From assembly GCA_024704765.1 (NCBI GenBank), contig JAKMXF010000122.1, positions 186,001 through 250,000 on the forward strand: a DNA stretch of 64,000 nt. The letters run 5' to 3'. The translations under genes and the position numbers were made by a program. The notes below the pieces were generated by a model that saw nothing but the letters and a program-made list of their open reading frames with translations, searched no databases and was not told the origin of the DNA. The stretch is from Oopsacas minuta (Eukaryota > Animalia > Porifera). Numbering within the stretch: position 1 is the stretch's first letter; every line of letters starts with the position of its first letter. This document shows, one piece after another, positions 22,584-36,441 of this stretch.

Positions 22584-25500
22584 CGTTACAATAGGTGTAT
22601 CATTATTGAATTATTTGTTTTCTTGTTCATACTACTTGTGTGATCCGAAATTTACAGTTTGCTATTTGGGATAATATTTTGTATAGTGATATATCTTTTC
22701 AATGCTACTTGGATTCCAATCATAACATTTCATCTATAGTATCCTTGTGTAGGATCCCAATTGGTGACCACCTTGAGCCGATTTATATTATTTTAGCCCT
22801 AGCATGCATGGACAAGGCAATTCAAACAATTCCAATTATCGAATTAGTCCGATACTTACCATTATCTGCCAATTCTTCTGGTTTCAGTATTCCAATATGA
22901 AGTGCGGTTATCCTGTAATTTTTATGACGCTGGGATAAATCACCATTTTGTGGAAAAGTTGAGGGCAGAGGCCAAGTATTATTTACTAATTCATCTAATC
23001 CAATCAATTTACAGTCTTAGATAAGAATTACGAATAATTAACACTTCTATATGTTCAATTAACCTAATGCATATGATTGTTAGCTTGGTAATATAACCAT
23101 AAACATGCCTCAATATAGTAGTTATAGAGGATACTTACTGCCTAACCTTTAATTCACAATATAGTGACTTGTTTATTCAATTGGCATTTCAAGAATTTAG
23201 CAAATTGGAACGATAGATGAATGATTTGCATTCTAATTAACCTGTGTTTGATTTATTATATAAAATATATGCGTACACCTGAGTTTAAAGGTAATATTGC
23301 ATCATATTTGTAAGTTAAGATCCGAGCAAAGCGAGCCGTAAATTTTCTGTTTTGCAATTTGAGTCAACATTTCAGTGTGTAGGCATGAATTTATAATACT
23401 ATGACTCCATATCATATCAAATTATCCTGGTAGGAGAGATATTTCCCACCTGGAGCCGCCACTGAAGCCACTTTTGGTTCCCTGTGTTGTTCACAAGAGA
23501 ATAAATGAGTTCGCCAATACTAACGGAGTCTCTTTGCCAACTCAAAATTTTTAGATACAGCCCTCCAACTGAAGGGCGTATTGCATTATTCCTAGGACCC
23601 TATGCCATAATTATTTATCCGTCCCTATAGACTAGGCCCATATTCTATTCCTAACTACCCAAGTTGATAAATATTAAGGCTCAACTGTTATGTTGGAATT
23701 AAACTTTAATAACTGACATTGTCAATTTTTATATACTTTACTAAATTGTATATCTAGTATATATGGTTATTATTAATTATTTAGGAACATCTCTATCTTT
23801 AGCTTTGACATTTTGATTTCTAGATGTCCCAAACTAAGCCCCTTGAGGCTTATTAAACAAATTTTTTCTTTTCAGTGACATTTTTGTAAAGTTCTGACGC
23901 ACACAAGTTTCAAACAAAAGCAAGTTAAGAATAACTGTTCAAGATCTTCCTTATTCTATTATGGTTTTTCTAGATTTGTAAAAGGGAAATTTCAATCCTT
24001 AAATGTAATTTTCGTGTGCAAAGGCTTTATAAGTTCCAGACACTAACCAGTGAAAATGTTAAACAACTGCCTCTGAAAATTTGTCCCGACTACTTGTCAT
24101 TATTGATCCGATTTATGAATTTGCCCTTATAGTGGGTTGTTTTATTTGAGTTCTTCTTTTTTTCTTAGCAAATATCAATTTGATCGTTTAACTCTCAATG
24201 CTCCTCACATTTCGAGTCATATGGATATCTATCGAAAACCGTTTAGAACTAAATCTTTGAAGAATTACTCCAATCCAGATGATTTTACTTCCTTTCTTCC
24301 CTCTTTTGAAATTGATTCTCCTTCTCATGGGAGAGAGATTTCCTTCTATACTTATATAGCTCCAGATCCAAATCACTCCAAAGGTCAGTTTTATTTCCTC
24401 GAGCTTTTTTCATGAATCATTTATAAAGAATACAAAATGAAAGTTTCTTATCGTTGAATATTAATTTTCTATTATATTAGCGTCTAAGAATTATTATAAT
24501 ATTTGTAGAGTTTGTATCTTTCCGCATGCGAATATACTTAGAAATATTTTTGCTAAACCTTCTGGCTGATCACAGTTAATTTGAATAATATAACTATTCA
24601 ATATTTGTAGTTTTTGATACTGATTAGGTATTATAACTTTTTGTACTCTGGTTACCTAAATATATTCATTTATTACTTATTTTATCACTTCATCGGGGGC
24701 AAGGAGCAGTATTAAGGATTATGGAGACTTAAAATATCCTACTTACTATCGACGGATATATGCTACTACTTTCTAAAGATTCTTTTAGTTGCTCATTTAA
24801 TTGCCACACTTTCGGTGTTCCCTTCACTTTCTTCCCGAGACGAACAAGGGGTTCATGGACATCAGGTGTGAATTCCCAATTTGGAGAACCTGGCTAACTC
24901 GTCTCAATATAGTATCATACTGACATCCACGTTTGAATACAATGGTATTTTTATTAATAAATTGTGTACTAAACAAGGGTTTTGCAGTTCCCCTAGTCCA
25001 GGAAATCTTGCTGATATACCAAATAATTTGTTGTTTCGGTATTGCAGAAACGGTGCATATTTGCATGAATATTGAAACCTCATGTAACGTCAAATATTGC
25101 ATCTATCATTTCAAAGTAAATATTTGAAATGATATATGTATATTTTACCATTTTGTTATTTATCACCTTGAATAGTTCATGATGCATTAAAGGAGGAATC
25201 TTCGCAAAATCCCGTTGAATGATCTCATAAATAATTATTTAAATGAAAAGGAGCCGCCGTTCCATGCACAATTAGGAACATAATGTTGGTTGCAGCCGTC
25301 GCCCCTCGAAGAAATAATCCATATTGTGCCGTTACCGGAACTTTAACTAAAGAAGGTTAGGTGACATTTCGGCACAGGATGAAATAATCCTTATAATGCT
25401 GTTGCTTTCACTTTAAGAAGAATAATTTTAGTGCCGTAGCCGATACTCTAGCTACAGCCTATAATCCTATGTCGTATAATATGCATATAACATAAATACG

Positions 25501-25621
25501 TTATACTTGATCTATTTGAACCTGCTATACGTGTAGACTAACCTTCAAATAGGAAGTTTTGACATTTTTACATATGTATAAGTCACATTATTATCAAGTT
25601 TATTTAATTTGCTCAACAATC

Positions 25622-25712
25622 CTGAGATTTCTCATTAAGAATTCGAAAACTACCGTATTTATGCAAAGTATTTATTGCAGAAATCAGCCTAATAGAAGTT
25701 ACGTCACCAAAA
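25622..25712. repeat. Solo remnant of the inner TIR segment of the MULE family
   Basis: TATTGCAGAAATCAGCCTAATAGAAGTTACGTCACC matches 15166-15201 (TATTGCAGAAATCAGCCCAATAGAAGTTACGTCACC). Confidence 0.7.
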
Positions 25713-26399
25713 TTGTATAATATGTACGATAAATACTTATTATGTGTAATACATCTTCATTGAAGGACTTATTAATAACCTAGCTATAATTTTATGATCG
25801 ACAGATATAACTGGATATCCACAATTGACTACCGATATTTTGCACTATTTTGACAATTTGAGGCATATGAAATATACATCGAATTCTATGAGCTATCTCT
25901 AAGTTCATCAAAAGGGGTTGAGCTAAAATAACTTCACTAATTCTGTTGATGATATAGAATCTGATATTAATCTATTATTTTCAGAGAAAATATGAACATT
26001 TAGAATTTTGTTTATAATTTTGTTTACTCATTCTAGTATTACAGTTCAGGCTACTGATGAAGCAGTTTTTGATTTCCAATTATCTCTCATTATAATATTC
26101 ATTAATGCATGGCACTCATCCAAGGCGATGGTGTCATTTAATATTTGAACCAGGGACAGCGATAATTTTGCTAAATAACTACTGTTAATCTTTGACCTGA
26201 TTTATGTTTTACTGGTCTGTAGTTATTCTCATGATCCACGTTATTGTTATCAAAACATTTTTCAGTTCGAAAGGATCTCATATGATTAGTAATTTGCGCT
26301 TTGCTCTCGAGAATTTCCGATCTTTGATGCTATGTCGCTTTCGATTTCAGAATTTTTATTGAGTTTTTTATAGACGTTTCCATAAAAATATACATTTAT

Positions 26400-26560
26400 T
26401 CAAAATAATGTTCGCTACGTTCCAGAGTTATAGTAGTGACCAAGGATTGCACATTTTATCAATATCCATCCATATCTGGCCAACTTATAATGTTATGGCT
26501 AAACAATCCTGTCAATGCACAGGGTTAGGCATAAGTTCTGCAACTCAGATATCGTTGTAT
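26400..26560 (-). pseudogene. Possible Gypsy integrase zinc-binding (H2C2) remnant
   Basis: Across two minus-strand frames: HNIISWPDM and DIDKMCNPW, resembling WPxMxxDIxxxCxxC. Very decayed. Confidence 0.25.
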
Positions 26561-26641
26561 ATTCAATTCATTGGTATCGCAAACTTATCAAATACTTGTG
26601 ATTCAAGGTTTTCACATAGTTTTATATATATCCTATGGTAG

Positions 26642-27680
26642 CCCTTCGAAATTATCGCCCTTTGCATGAATGCATGAGCTCAGACGTTTATAGAAACAAT
26701 CTGAAGAGGCAGATAGCACTTCCTGTGGTATTCGATGCCATTCCCGAACTGATGATGCTCTGAGAGCCTCCAGACTTTTGTGGGGTTTAACGCAAGCTTT
26801 GTCCTCCAGAATTGACCAAATACTAAAGTCCATCGGATTTAGATCAGGAAATGAAGCTAGCCATTCTATAGGGGGGGATTATCTCTGGAAAATGGTCCTT
26901 TAACCAGGTTTGGATTGCTTTGGACTTATGAGCAGGAACTGAGTCCTGTTGAAAGATCTAATGCCTTCCTCGAAAATGCCTGGCGGTTCAAGGTTCTAAT
27001 TCGCCTTCTAATATGTCTTGAATATACTTTTCAGTGTTGACTTTGAGACCTTGATCAATGAACACGAGGGGTCCGACCAGTAGCTTTGATCCCGCCCCAG
27101 ACCATAGCAGAAGCAGGTTTTTGAGTTCGTTTAACTATCCTTGCAACTGGAGATATCCCTTTTGAAGTGGAGCAGAGAACTCTATCATTTTGCCTGTTCA
27201 AACTGCATTCGACGCTGAATAACTTTTCATCTGTGAGAAAAATATCAAGGTGTCTGCTATCTCTGAACCGCTCTCGAATTTTCTTACCTTTCTCTACCCT
27301 CCTCTTCTTGTTGACATCAGATAATAGCTGGGCCTTTCTAAATTTGTATGATTTAAGTCATAAATCGTCATAAACTAACCTTCCCATCGTTCGTTGGAGA
27401 TATTACATTGTTAGCCATTTCTGGACCCTTCTCTTGGGATTCTATCTGATCTTCTCCCTGACCGATTTTTTCAACAATGGTGTGCGTATGGATCGAGGTC
27501 GACCAGATCTAAGTCTGTCAGACGTTTCGCCTGTTTCGTTGAAACTTTGGATCATCCTATACAGATTCCATTTGGTAACTTCAGCGTCATAGGATGAACA
27601 ATCCTGGTTGGTATTGCTCTCTGCTTCTGGACACCTACTAGACTACGCCTGACGGTAGGCAGCAGATGTACGAGCCACTA
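26642..27680 (-). pseudogene. maT-type (DD37D) mariner-like transposase pseudogene
   Basis: SGRPRSIRTP, FQQDSVPAH and PDLNPMDFSIW. Removing one base from the C-run near 26875 gives a 37-residue D-D spacing. Several stops; TIR pair not recovered (3' end appears lost). Confidence 0.85.
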
Positions 27681-27933
27681 CTAGTTGGCATCTTTTGTGG
27701 TACAGGGAGAGAGGGAGTGAGAAAATTCAAAAGTAAGAGAGAGTGGAAGAGGGAACAAACGTCTGATTAAACTATCAATACAATCGGAAATTAACAAGGG
27801 ACATCAATAACAAGCAAATAATGAACAGAGTAGCAGCCGATTAGGCACAGATGTGAAGACGAAATTACAAAACATCTATACAATTAAAACACAATTAATC
27901 TATTTGTATGGTGTATATTTATAGAATTTGTAT

Positions 27934-29020
27934 TTAAATTGATAGAGCTCCGTGGTACTTTTGTGGATTTTTCAACATGTTCGCGAATATAAGGATCAAT
28001 TTCAGCACATAATTCGATAGACCCAAGAGAACACCCATTTTTTGTCCTGCAATGATTTCATTGTCACCTCGAAAGCACAAATCTCTCTCAGAATGAAATA
28101 TATAAGAACTATAAATCCTGTAGAACCTCAGGCCAGTATGAAAACCATATTGTCTGATAATTTCCAGCTCTTTACAGATTCTATTACCTTTAAGATGCTG
28201 TAATTTGTTAGATACTAGACAGAAGTGGTCTTTCGAATGTTCATGGAAGGTTAATCCGACAATGGCATTTCCAGTCATCAAATCCACATATGAATTTATT
28301 AATTTGTCGGTTACTAAAGAAACCTGCACATATAACAAAGCACTCTTCAAGTTGTTCTAATATTGATCCACCAGCCACCGAGTATGAGTGTAATCATTTT
28401 TCAGACGTATGCTAAAGTACCCTCTTTGAATAAATCCTTACAATAACTAAACTGACTGCAAATTTTGAATAGTCAGCATCAAATTTTGTGATGAATATGG
28501 ACTGCACACGATTACATAATTGAGTAGAACCTCGCAAATACGAACACTATTAATTCTAATTTCCGGATAATACGAACCAGTATTTATACAAATCAAGTCT
28601 CTACAATGGTTTTCAGTTGAGATAGCTCCGTTTGGCAAGTACTCCGCATAAGAAACACAACTTTCGGAGGTCTCGTGTACATGTTTACGAGATTCTACTG
28701 GATCTACATTCAGGTTCCATTCAACAGGGTCAGTGCTATGGCTCTGCATTTTAATATATTTAGATGGTATCGTATGAGCAATCTCAAATAAGTTCGGCTT
28801 TTTTGTTTGAATCCTGCTTGCATAAACAGCAATATCCATGTCTTGTGAATAAATTCAGCTTCAATAGAATGACTAGCTGAGTCAGCATCGTCAGGATTTG
28901 TCTCGATTTTTGTAACGAATTTAACAATGAGCCCTCCAATTTCCGTATCGCTTCTTCTTTAGATTCTCTTACCTCTCTTTTAGCATTGCCAGAATCGTTT
29001 TATCTTCGGTACCATCGGAC
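27934..29020 (-). pseudogene. 5' remnant of a ZMYM1/Tip100-like hAT transposase
   Basis: STDPVEW, LPNGA, GLTFHEHSKDH and ERDLCFRGDNEII...GVLLG resemble the TTF-zinc-finger/DUF4371 region of hAT transposases. Frameshifted. Confidence 0.6.
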
Positions 29021-29382
29021 ATTTTCAGATAGACGAGATTGAAAAATATTAATATCAGTGATCTAATGTTAATAACTGTACCTCATAATCGATAACGCAT
29101 GTGGGTTTGGATCCCAATATCCGGTTTGACTTCAACTTCAAACCAGGTTATGACATTTAATATAGCATTCAATCACGAATAGATATCAAGATAATCCAGG
29201 GTCCCGATATGAGTATCAGAATTGCACCTGTGTGATAGCTACTTGAAAAATAATATTCCTGCTTGGTACCTTTATCTGGAATTCTCGATTATATCCTATT
29301 AGCTTGAGATATCATAACATTAGGTATTCCAATTATCTGGAAAGTCGGAAATGTGCTATGTATATTGGTTCATCCACTAGGC

Positions 29383-29686
29383 CAGGGGTGGGCAAACTAC
29401 GGCCTGCGGGCCGGATTCGGCCCGCCTGGCTTAAATTATTTGAGTACTCTAACTATTTGATCACTGTCTTACTCTTTGTTACGCATTCGGAACTTTCATT
29501 AAACAATATTATGCTCTCATTAAATAATATTAGTTAATTATTATGTATAATTATTGTTTATTTTACAATTGGTTAGTAGAGCTTCTCTAATAAATTAGAA
29601 CATGGAACGTAGTCGTAGGTCAATGCTCCAGCATATAATTTTGGAATTAGTATGCCACCCGCGCAGAAATAGTTTGTCCACCCCTG
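29383..29686. mobile_element. hAT (Charlie/Buster-type) MITE, 304 bp
   Basis: TIRs CAGGGGTGGGCAAAC / GTTTGTCCACCCCTG (14 of 15 match). Flanks do not form a clean 8-bp TSD. Confidence 0.65.
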
Positions 29687-31268
29687 GATTAGATAACATA
29701 GTGAAACCTCGTCAATACAAACTCTGTATAACGTGAACATATTTTCCCATTGTTGCCTTCCGTATAAACGACTTCCCACAGTAGTTAACACATAATCGAG
29801 TTATCAAAAATCAGTGGAAATTTAGAAGAATGCGTAATCCATAGACCCTGCTGTAACTCAGGTATTTCATACTTTATGATGACAGTAATATACCAATTGT
29901 ATAAGAAAATTTTCAGATCATGTGGTATTGAGTAGTTGAAAATTGAAAAACTTTGTCACGCTTTCTGGATCTCGTCCTTTTCTATTTTCAATTTATTTAT
30001 TGCGATTATTACCGTAGGCAGGATTTGTCCCCCATATCATAACTTCCTTTAATCATTTCAGATCAGCATTAAATGTTAAATTCGAATTCCAATAGTCAAA
30101 TTCCAACAATTTGATCTATACTATAAGTATAGCAATCTAATACTAGAGCAATGACTTTGGCCATTTTCCAGGGACAGGATTAGTTACAGGAGCAATGCAT
30201 GATTTTGCTTGTAAACGTATATCAGATGTCTTTTGTCCTATGAAAGTATTGCATTCTTGTAGAAATACTTGCTCTCAGTCTATAAATGCGAAGATTATTT
30301 CGACATATGCTAATTTATATGCTTACTAAACAATAATTTTGGTAAAGTTCTCAAAGTTTTCCTATACGTATTTGGAACCGTAGAAATCGTTAAATATCTA
30401 GTTTGGGATGTAATATTGAAATATCAGATGATTTGTGACCGATTCTTTGTAAAATGATAATAATCATGGTAATGTTGGGACGTTTTTGAGATAATTATAG
30501 CATAAATCCTTGATGGCACATGTTTCTCAAAATTCACTTATACCTCGATAATCGTGGAGATTATTATTAAACCAGGATTGCCTATCTATTGTATACACCC
30601 AACTTCCCATACCCTAATAATACATTTTATGTGGTATCTCATACCGATGTTTCGCAATTATGAATATGCCCGTATACGGTAGTTATCAAAATAACGCAAT
30701 GAACTTGGTCACATCCCGTGAAATGTAACCATCGCTAAGTTTTCAAACTTTACCTATTCCGAATCAATTTCCCGAGTCTAACTGACCGTACTCGGAAATG
30801 CATACGTGTATGTTGCTTATCGCCTGGAGTATTTCTAGATTCTCTATTTTATCAAAGAAACAGAGAATTAAGCTTTCCTCACTTTTGGAGCACACGCCCT
30901 CCAAGCATTAAAATGGAGCCGTGCTCCCACCTCGCCCCTTATGCCATAAGGACTGCGCTCCTTTTCATTCTCCAGATTTACATTTGAATTGTTTTCTAAA
31001 TAGTAAGGATTTAGTTCAACATTTTGGAGGTTGCTAACTGTGTAACTTCAATTTATTTCAACGAATACATATCTCAACCGAATACTGTCGAGAAATTGTC
31101 CCATTTTAAGGCGTCAAAATGGTGCTAAAATCTCGATTTGGGTTCGAGAATTGGTAAAAGTAAGTAGGAAAATGTCATGTTTCTTTAAATTACGAAAGTA
31201 ACACTTCGGCCATGATCGGTTATATTAGAGTAATTTTGAATATTGACGTGGTATGAAGTAATCATTTG

Positions 31269-33940
31269 CAGTGATGGATCCACCGGGGGGGGTTCAGGGG
31301 GGTGCGCACCCCCCAAATTGGCTTATTAATTAAATTTAATTATATATGTATAAATTCCCATGAGTAATGAATGTACACTGTACTTAACATAATTATATAA
31401 ATATAATTATTAACTTTATAGCCTAATATTAAATATCTTTCAAGTCAACCTATTAAGTACTTATATGAAACGACAAGTGGAAAACCAACTTACACTGGAT
31501 TATTTTCAATCCAAACGAGATAACAACAGACCAGATGGTTGCGAAGACGAATATCCATGCTTCATGCATACTGAACAACAGGCAGTAGATAACAGTGTGC
31601 TTGAGATTAACAGCTCTGCTGGGATGATACAGGGTAGATTTTATGTTTTCAAACCCAGAGCTAAATTTACGTACTAAATTTTCTAGATATAAACACCGAC
31701 TGGTCTCTGCCTCAAGACATTGGTTGTAAGAAAGATGGACCTGCCCAACCATTAACCCTCTTCCCTCCTAAACCTGATTGTAACAAACGAAAAACAACCA
31801 ATTCCAGGCATCGTGGTCTAGTAAACACCCCTGGATCGCTTACAGCGAATCGCAAGACAAAGCATTTTGTTTTCTATGTATAAACTTCAGCATCACAAAG
31901 TTACAGGACAGGTTTACAAAAAGGGATTTCATAATTGGCAAGTTGCAGTTGGAGACAAAAACAAGGGGCTAGACAAGCATGCTAGGTGTGAATCCCACAT
32001 TATAGCTATTATGAAATGGGAAAACTATAAGTCTAACCCTGTCGAGATCCAGGAAAGACTTAATCCTAATCGTCGCATGCAGGTTGAGCAAAATAGAATC
32101 TATTTCGGTAAACTTGTCAGCTATATCAGGTGGTTTTGTCTTCAGAAAGTCGCTTTTCGAGGTGAGGAGGAACACGATGTCGGATTAGTCTGTAGAGGAA
32201 ACTTCAGAGAACTTCTTGAATTAGAATTCGAGCTGCATCCCGAATTCCTAGCCCAGAAGAAGTCTATTATGGAGCAGTACTCAATTTACACAGATTATCT
32301 CAGTAAGACGGTCTACGAAGAATTTATCTCAATCATGGCTGGCGAGATTAGGAAAATTATTGCAAGAGAGATTGCTCAAACAAAGTTCTACACATTAGTG
32401 TTGGACGAAGCTAAGGATGTCAGCGGCTATGAGCAGCTTTGTTTATGTGTAAGATATTGCTCAGGATCTGTTCCAGCTGAAAGATTAATGGGGCTCATAT
32501 GTCTTTCAGAGGGTCTATTTGATGCATGTGCTATAGTCCGTGGAGCTAAAGTTCTTATTCAATTGCTGTCTGGTTCTGGGTGTACACTAGTGGGATAAGC
32601 AGCTGATGGTGCTTCTGTTATGTCCGGTAAATTGGCTGGAGTGCAAGCTCTCCTTAAGGAAGAACATCTGTGGCTTATCTACGTGCACTGTGCTGCACAT
32701 AGGCTTAATTTGGTTTTAGTAAAGGCTCTCAAAAATTTGTGTCCAGCTATGATCAATATAGTGGACAAACTCCACTCGCTATTCAATTCAGCTAAAACGA
32801 ATGACAGTTTTGAAGCCGAGCAAAAGACACTCAAGATCAGGGTGCTAAAGTTTCCATTACGATCAGAAACAAGGTGGTCATCCATGTTCCACGTACTAGA
32901 TGTTATATGCTCTCACTTTAAACCGATCATGCTCACTCTTATGAAAAGGATAGGGGATGACGACAACGCAGCACTAACTGCTGGCGGTCTTTACCACAAG
33001 ATGGCGTGTGGTGAGTTCATAATTAATTGCGTCGTTCTGAGGAAAGCCCTTGCAACTATTCACAGCCTGAGTGAATATTTACAGGGAGCATCAATTGAGC
33101 GGCATCACGTTGCACACGATATTAGAGCCTGTAAGTCAATGATTAGTCAGTTTGGAAACGAAATGTCTGTTGCTGAAATGTTGAAACAAGCAGAAGAAAT
33201 CAGTACTGATTGCTGATACCCCTAAATGTGACCTCACCAGTTAACATAACAAGAAATTCAACAGAACATGTTGATTACTTGAGCCATATACAATCATTTT
33301 CAACAAAGGTTTGCACAAAGTCTTAGCTGAATTAGAATTACGATTTCCTGACACTGGTATGGAGCTGCTCAAAGGCCTAGATGGCCTGAATAGCACTTCA
33401 CAAAAGTACTTAAAAAGGAAAACACTTAGTAAATTAATTGCTCATTATGGTGACGTATTAGACGTTAATGAGAAGTTACTTAATGCAGAATTAGCAAAGT
33501 ATCACATGTTTGCTAATTCTGGATCTCGTATAGTAACCATGAATCCGGCTTTCTATCCCAATCTGATGAAACTCTTTAATTTAAAGAGAAGCTTGCCTGT
33601 ATCATCAGCAGAAGCAGAGAGAAGTTTCTCAACGATGAAACGGGTGAAAACCTAACAAAGAAACCGTCTTGATGACACACGTTTATCAGACCTCTGCCTC
33701 CTAGCTTCTGAAAAAGAATTGACCAAAGCTCTCAACATGAATAGCATAATGGATATCTTCAATCTGAAAGAAAGAAGGGTGCCTCTATAATTATAAATTA
33801 TCTATTAATTTACAATAATAAATGCTTAGTTGATTAATTGTTGATTAATTGATAGTTAAATAACCCCGGCTCAGATTCGGCTTGCTTGTCTCGCCGCTGG
33901 GCATTGCACCCCCCAGATATTTGTGCTGGATCCATCACTG
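31269..33940 (+). mobile_element. hAT transposon (ZMYM1/Tip100-like), full-length but decayed
   Basis: 14-bp TIR CAGTGATGGATCCA. Perfect 8-bp TSD ATCATTTG (31261-31268 / 33941-33948). Confidence 0.95.
31740..33790 (+). pseudogene. hAT transposase pseudogene (TTF zinc finger, DUF4371-like region, dimerisation domain)
   Basis: FQASWSSKHPWIAYS, LVLDEAKD, *AADGASVMSG, VHCAAHRLNL, SETRWSS and SAEAERSFS. Premature stops at ~32596, ~33214 and ~33653, plus frameshifts. Confidence 0.9.
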
Positions 33941-36268
33941 ATCATTTGGACCTTTTAGCCGACATTCTGCTACTTTACCATAGTACTGAGTTGAAATACA
34001 CAAAATTGCAATTTTTTGATTTTTGATTTATAATCATAGTTAGGCGCAATATTTGAAGATTTAAATTCAAATTATAAATGGACTGTTTTCTTGTGTCCAA
34101 AACTGGGTAGTACCGGTCGAACGCCGGTATTGTTTCGAATTTTGAAAGTTCATTCGATCAATGAGCCCAGTTTCATTTACAAATATCAACAATAAATTTC
34201 GAATGAAGTTGTAACACATCGATAATACAATATTGGCTAATTTAGGGCTAATTTATATACAAACAAGTCCAAATTAAACCTAATATTGAGAAGTATCGGA
34301 TTTTGGTCGATTTTATTTTGTTGTCCTTGGAAAAACATTTCAGAGACTTCTTCTCTGCTGTCACTAATACCCGAATACTTCCGGGAAAATGTGTCATGTT
34401 ATGACCTCAAAACGAGCTACAATCTCAATTTTGGTTCCGGAATTTGTTAAAATGATATGGAAAAATTCTCGTGTTCCTTTTCGTTACGAATGTAACTCTT
34501 TGCCCTAATCGTGCAATATAGTTTGTGAATAATTGTCCTGCGAATCACTTTTTATTGTAACAATCCTGAAATTTGTATAGAAAACTGATGAAATCTGTAA
34601 TTTATATGAAATCAAATAGGAATCGCTGCTTCAATGCACTGCAAAAAAGAGAATTTTATAGGAAGACTAAATTGATGATTCTTAAACGTAATGATTCCAT
34701 TTCCAACTGAAATTAGCTCTGAAATATATGCTTTTTGATTAGTTATATTTCAATTATACTTCATTTCATGTTAAAATGTACAAATTTCATTCTACGATCA
34801 GTAAATAAGATTTGTAATATTGTGGTTGAACCATAAATGCTGTGAATAATTATATATTAGTACTTGTAACTCGGGTTATTTTACTTCTTCCATGAGATTC
34901 ACCGAGATAGTATAATTCTGAGCACAAAAATTGAATAACTAAAATCCTCTCCAATTTATATATATATATATAATATCTACTAATAGACTAACCTCTTTCA
35001 ATAACCGCTCCCATTTTTTGCGTCCTGAACCTGTTCATGCGCCTGCGCCTGCTTCTTTCCTCCAGATTTACATTAGATAATCTAGATCCCCTCTCTTCTC
35101 AATTCCAGGGATCGACCCTTAATAGACTATACAAGTAGACAAAGCTTAATAGTCAGAGTATTCTGAGAAAGGGTGCTACCAGAGAAACAAAAGTATTTGG
35201 ATGCCGAAATGTTTCGATACTATAGGTAGGGCGAGATCTGTAGTAAATAATTTATTGAATTACTGTAGAACAACTATTAACAAATACTTTATGTAAATGT
35301 TCACTGAAAACTTGCTACTGAGGTACTGCATTCCATTTCCATTCTCAGAGTAAATGATCTCTCCCAAATCATATGAATATGTATACAAATACTACAATTA
35401 ACTTCAAGTGTTTTGTGATTCTCAAATTCTGGATATCAATGTAGGATAATTATTTCCTCGATAGTTAATTTGTTTATTCATCATTTACCACTTATCAAAA
35501 ATTCGGTGGATTTTAAACCGGACCTTAGAAATTATATTTTCCACCACATTCTTTGTAAAATTAGCTTTTTACCTGAGTTTCGGACAATTTTCCCCCTCAA
35601 ATTTAAATCTTCGTTTCCAAAAGAGTGAGATTAGATCAACTACTTCTTGGGTGAAATGTACTCGTGTGTCGCGGAAATTAACTAAGATTTCAACATAACA
35701 TTATTATTTGGATATAACATGAAGCAACATTGGTATTGGCCCCCGTTTGTAATTTTGGGATTCAAACTTTGTATGGATTAGTTCTAAATACCCTGCTTAC
35801 TTGGTGAAACAGCCTATTATTACGTACATTTGTAGTATTATATGTATATTTTGCATGGATTATCTTGTCAACAAACATAATTCTTTGATCCACAGGCCAC
35901 TATATCCTTTCCATTTGGGACAAATTCCAGTTGTGTCACTCAAATTCCAGCCCTGTTATAACAAACCCTTTGCTTTTAAATTCCCATAAAAATTCTGTAA
36001 CTTTTCTTTTGTGTTATTTGGAGTAACACCTACTATATAATTCTTAGTTCCCTGATTGTATTCTATATACTAACTCTGATATTTTTTTTTTTTGTAGAAA
36101 TTCCGAAGTGGCTGCAAGATTACAGTAAAGAGGAATCTCTTTTACAAGTATGTCTAATTAATTCATTTTTATTTCAAATGTTCACCTCTATTGTTTGTCA
36201 TATTGTTAGTCTCAATTTTTGGAGGATACCAGCTAAATTCCCCTGATAAGATTCGTATTTTCATCATA

Positions 36269-36441
36269 CAGAGAGACTCTTATACGAACACGGTTATGGA
36301 GTAACTCCCGATATGGAGTACGAATTTGAACACTTTATCAATTCCTTTCGATACCTTCTAATTAATTCGCATTATACGTTCTCCGTTAAGGAGTACGAAA
36401 TTTGGCATTCCCCTGGTCTACGTATTAACGAGAGTCTACTG
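36269..36441. mobile_element. Possible pogo/Tigger-type MITE
   Basis: Right end CGTATTAACGAGAGTCTACTG followed by TA. Left end TA-CAGAGAGACTCT is only an imperfect inverted match. Confidence 0.3.

Noticed and set aside
23440-23463. Orphan hAT-like end GAGCCGCCACTG
   Set aside because: No matching left TIR or TSD was found.
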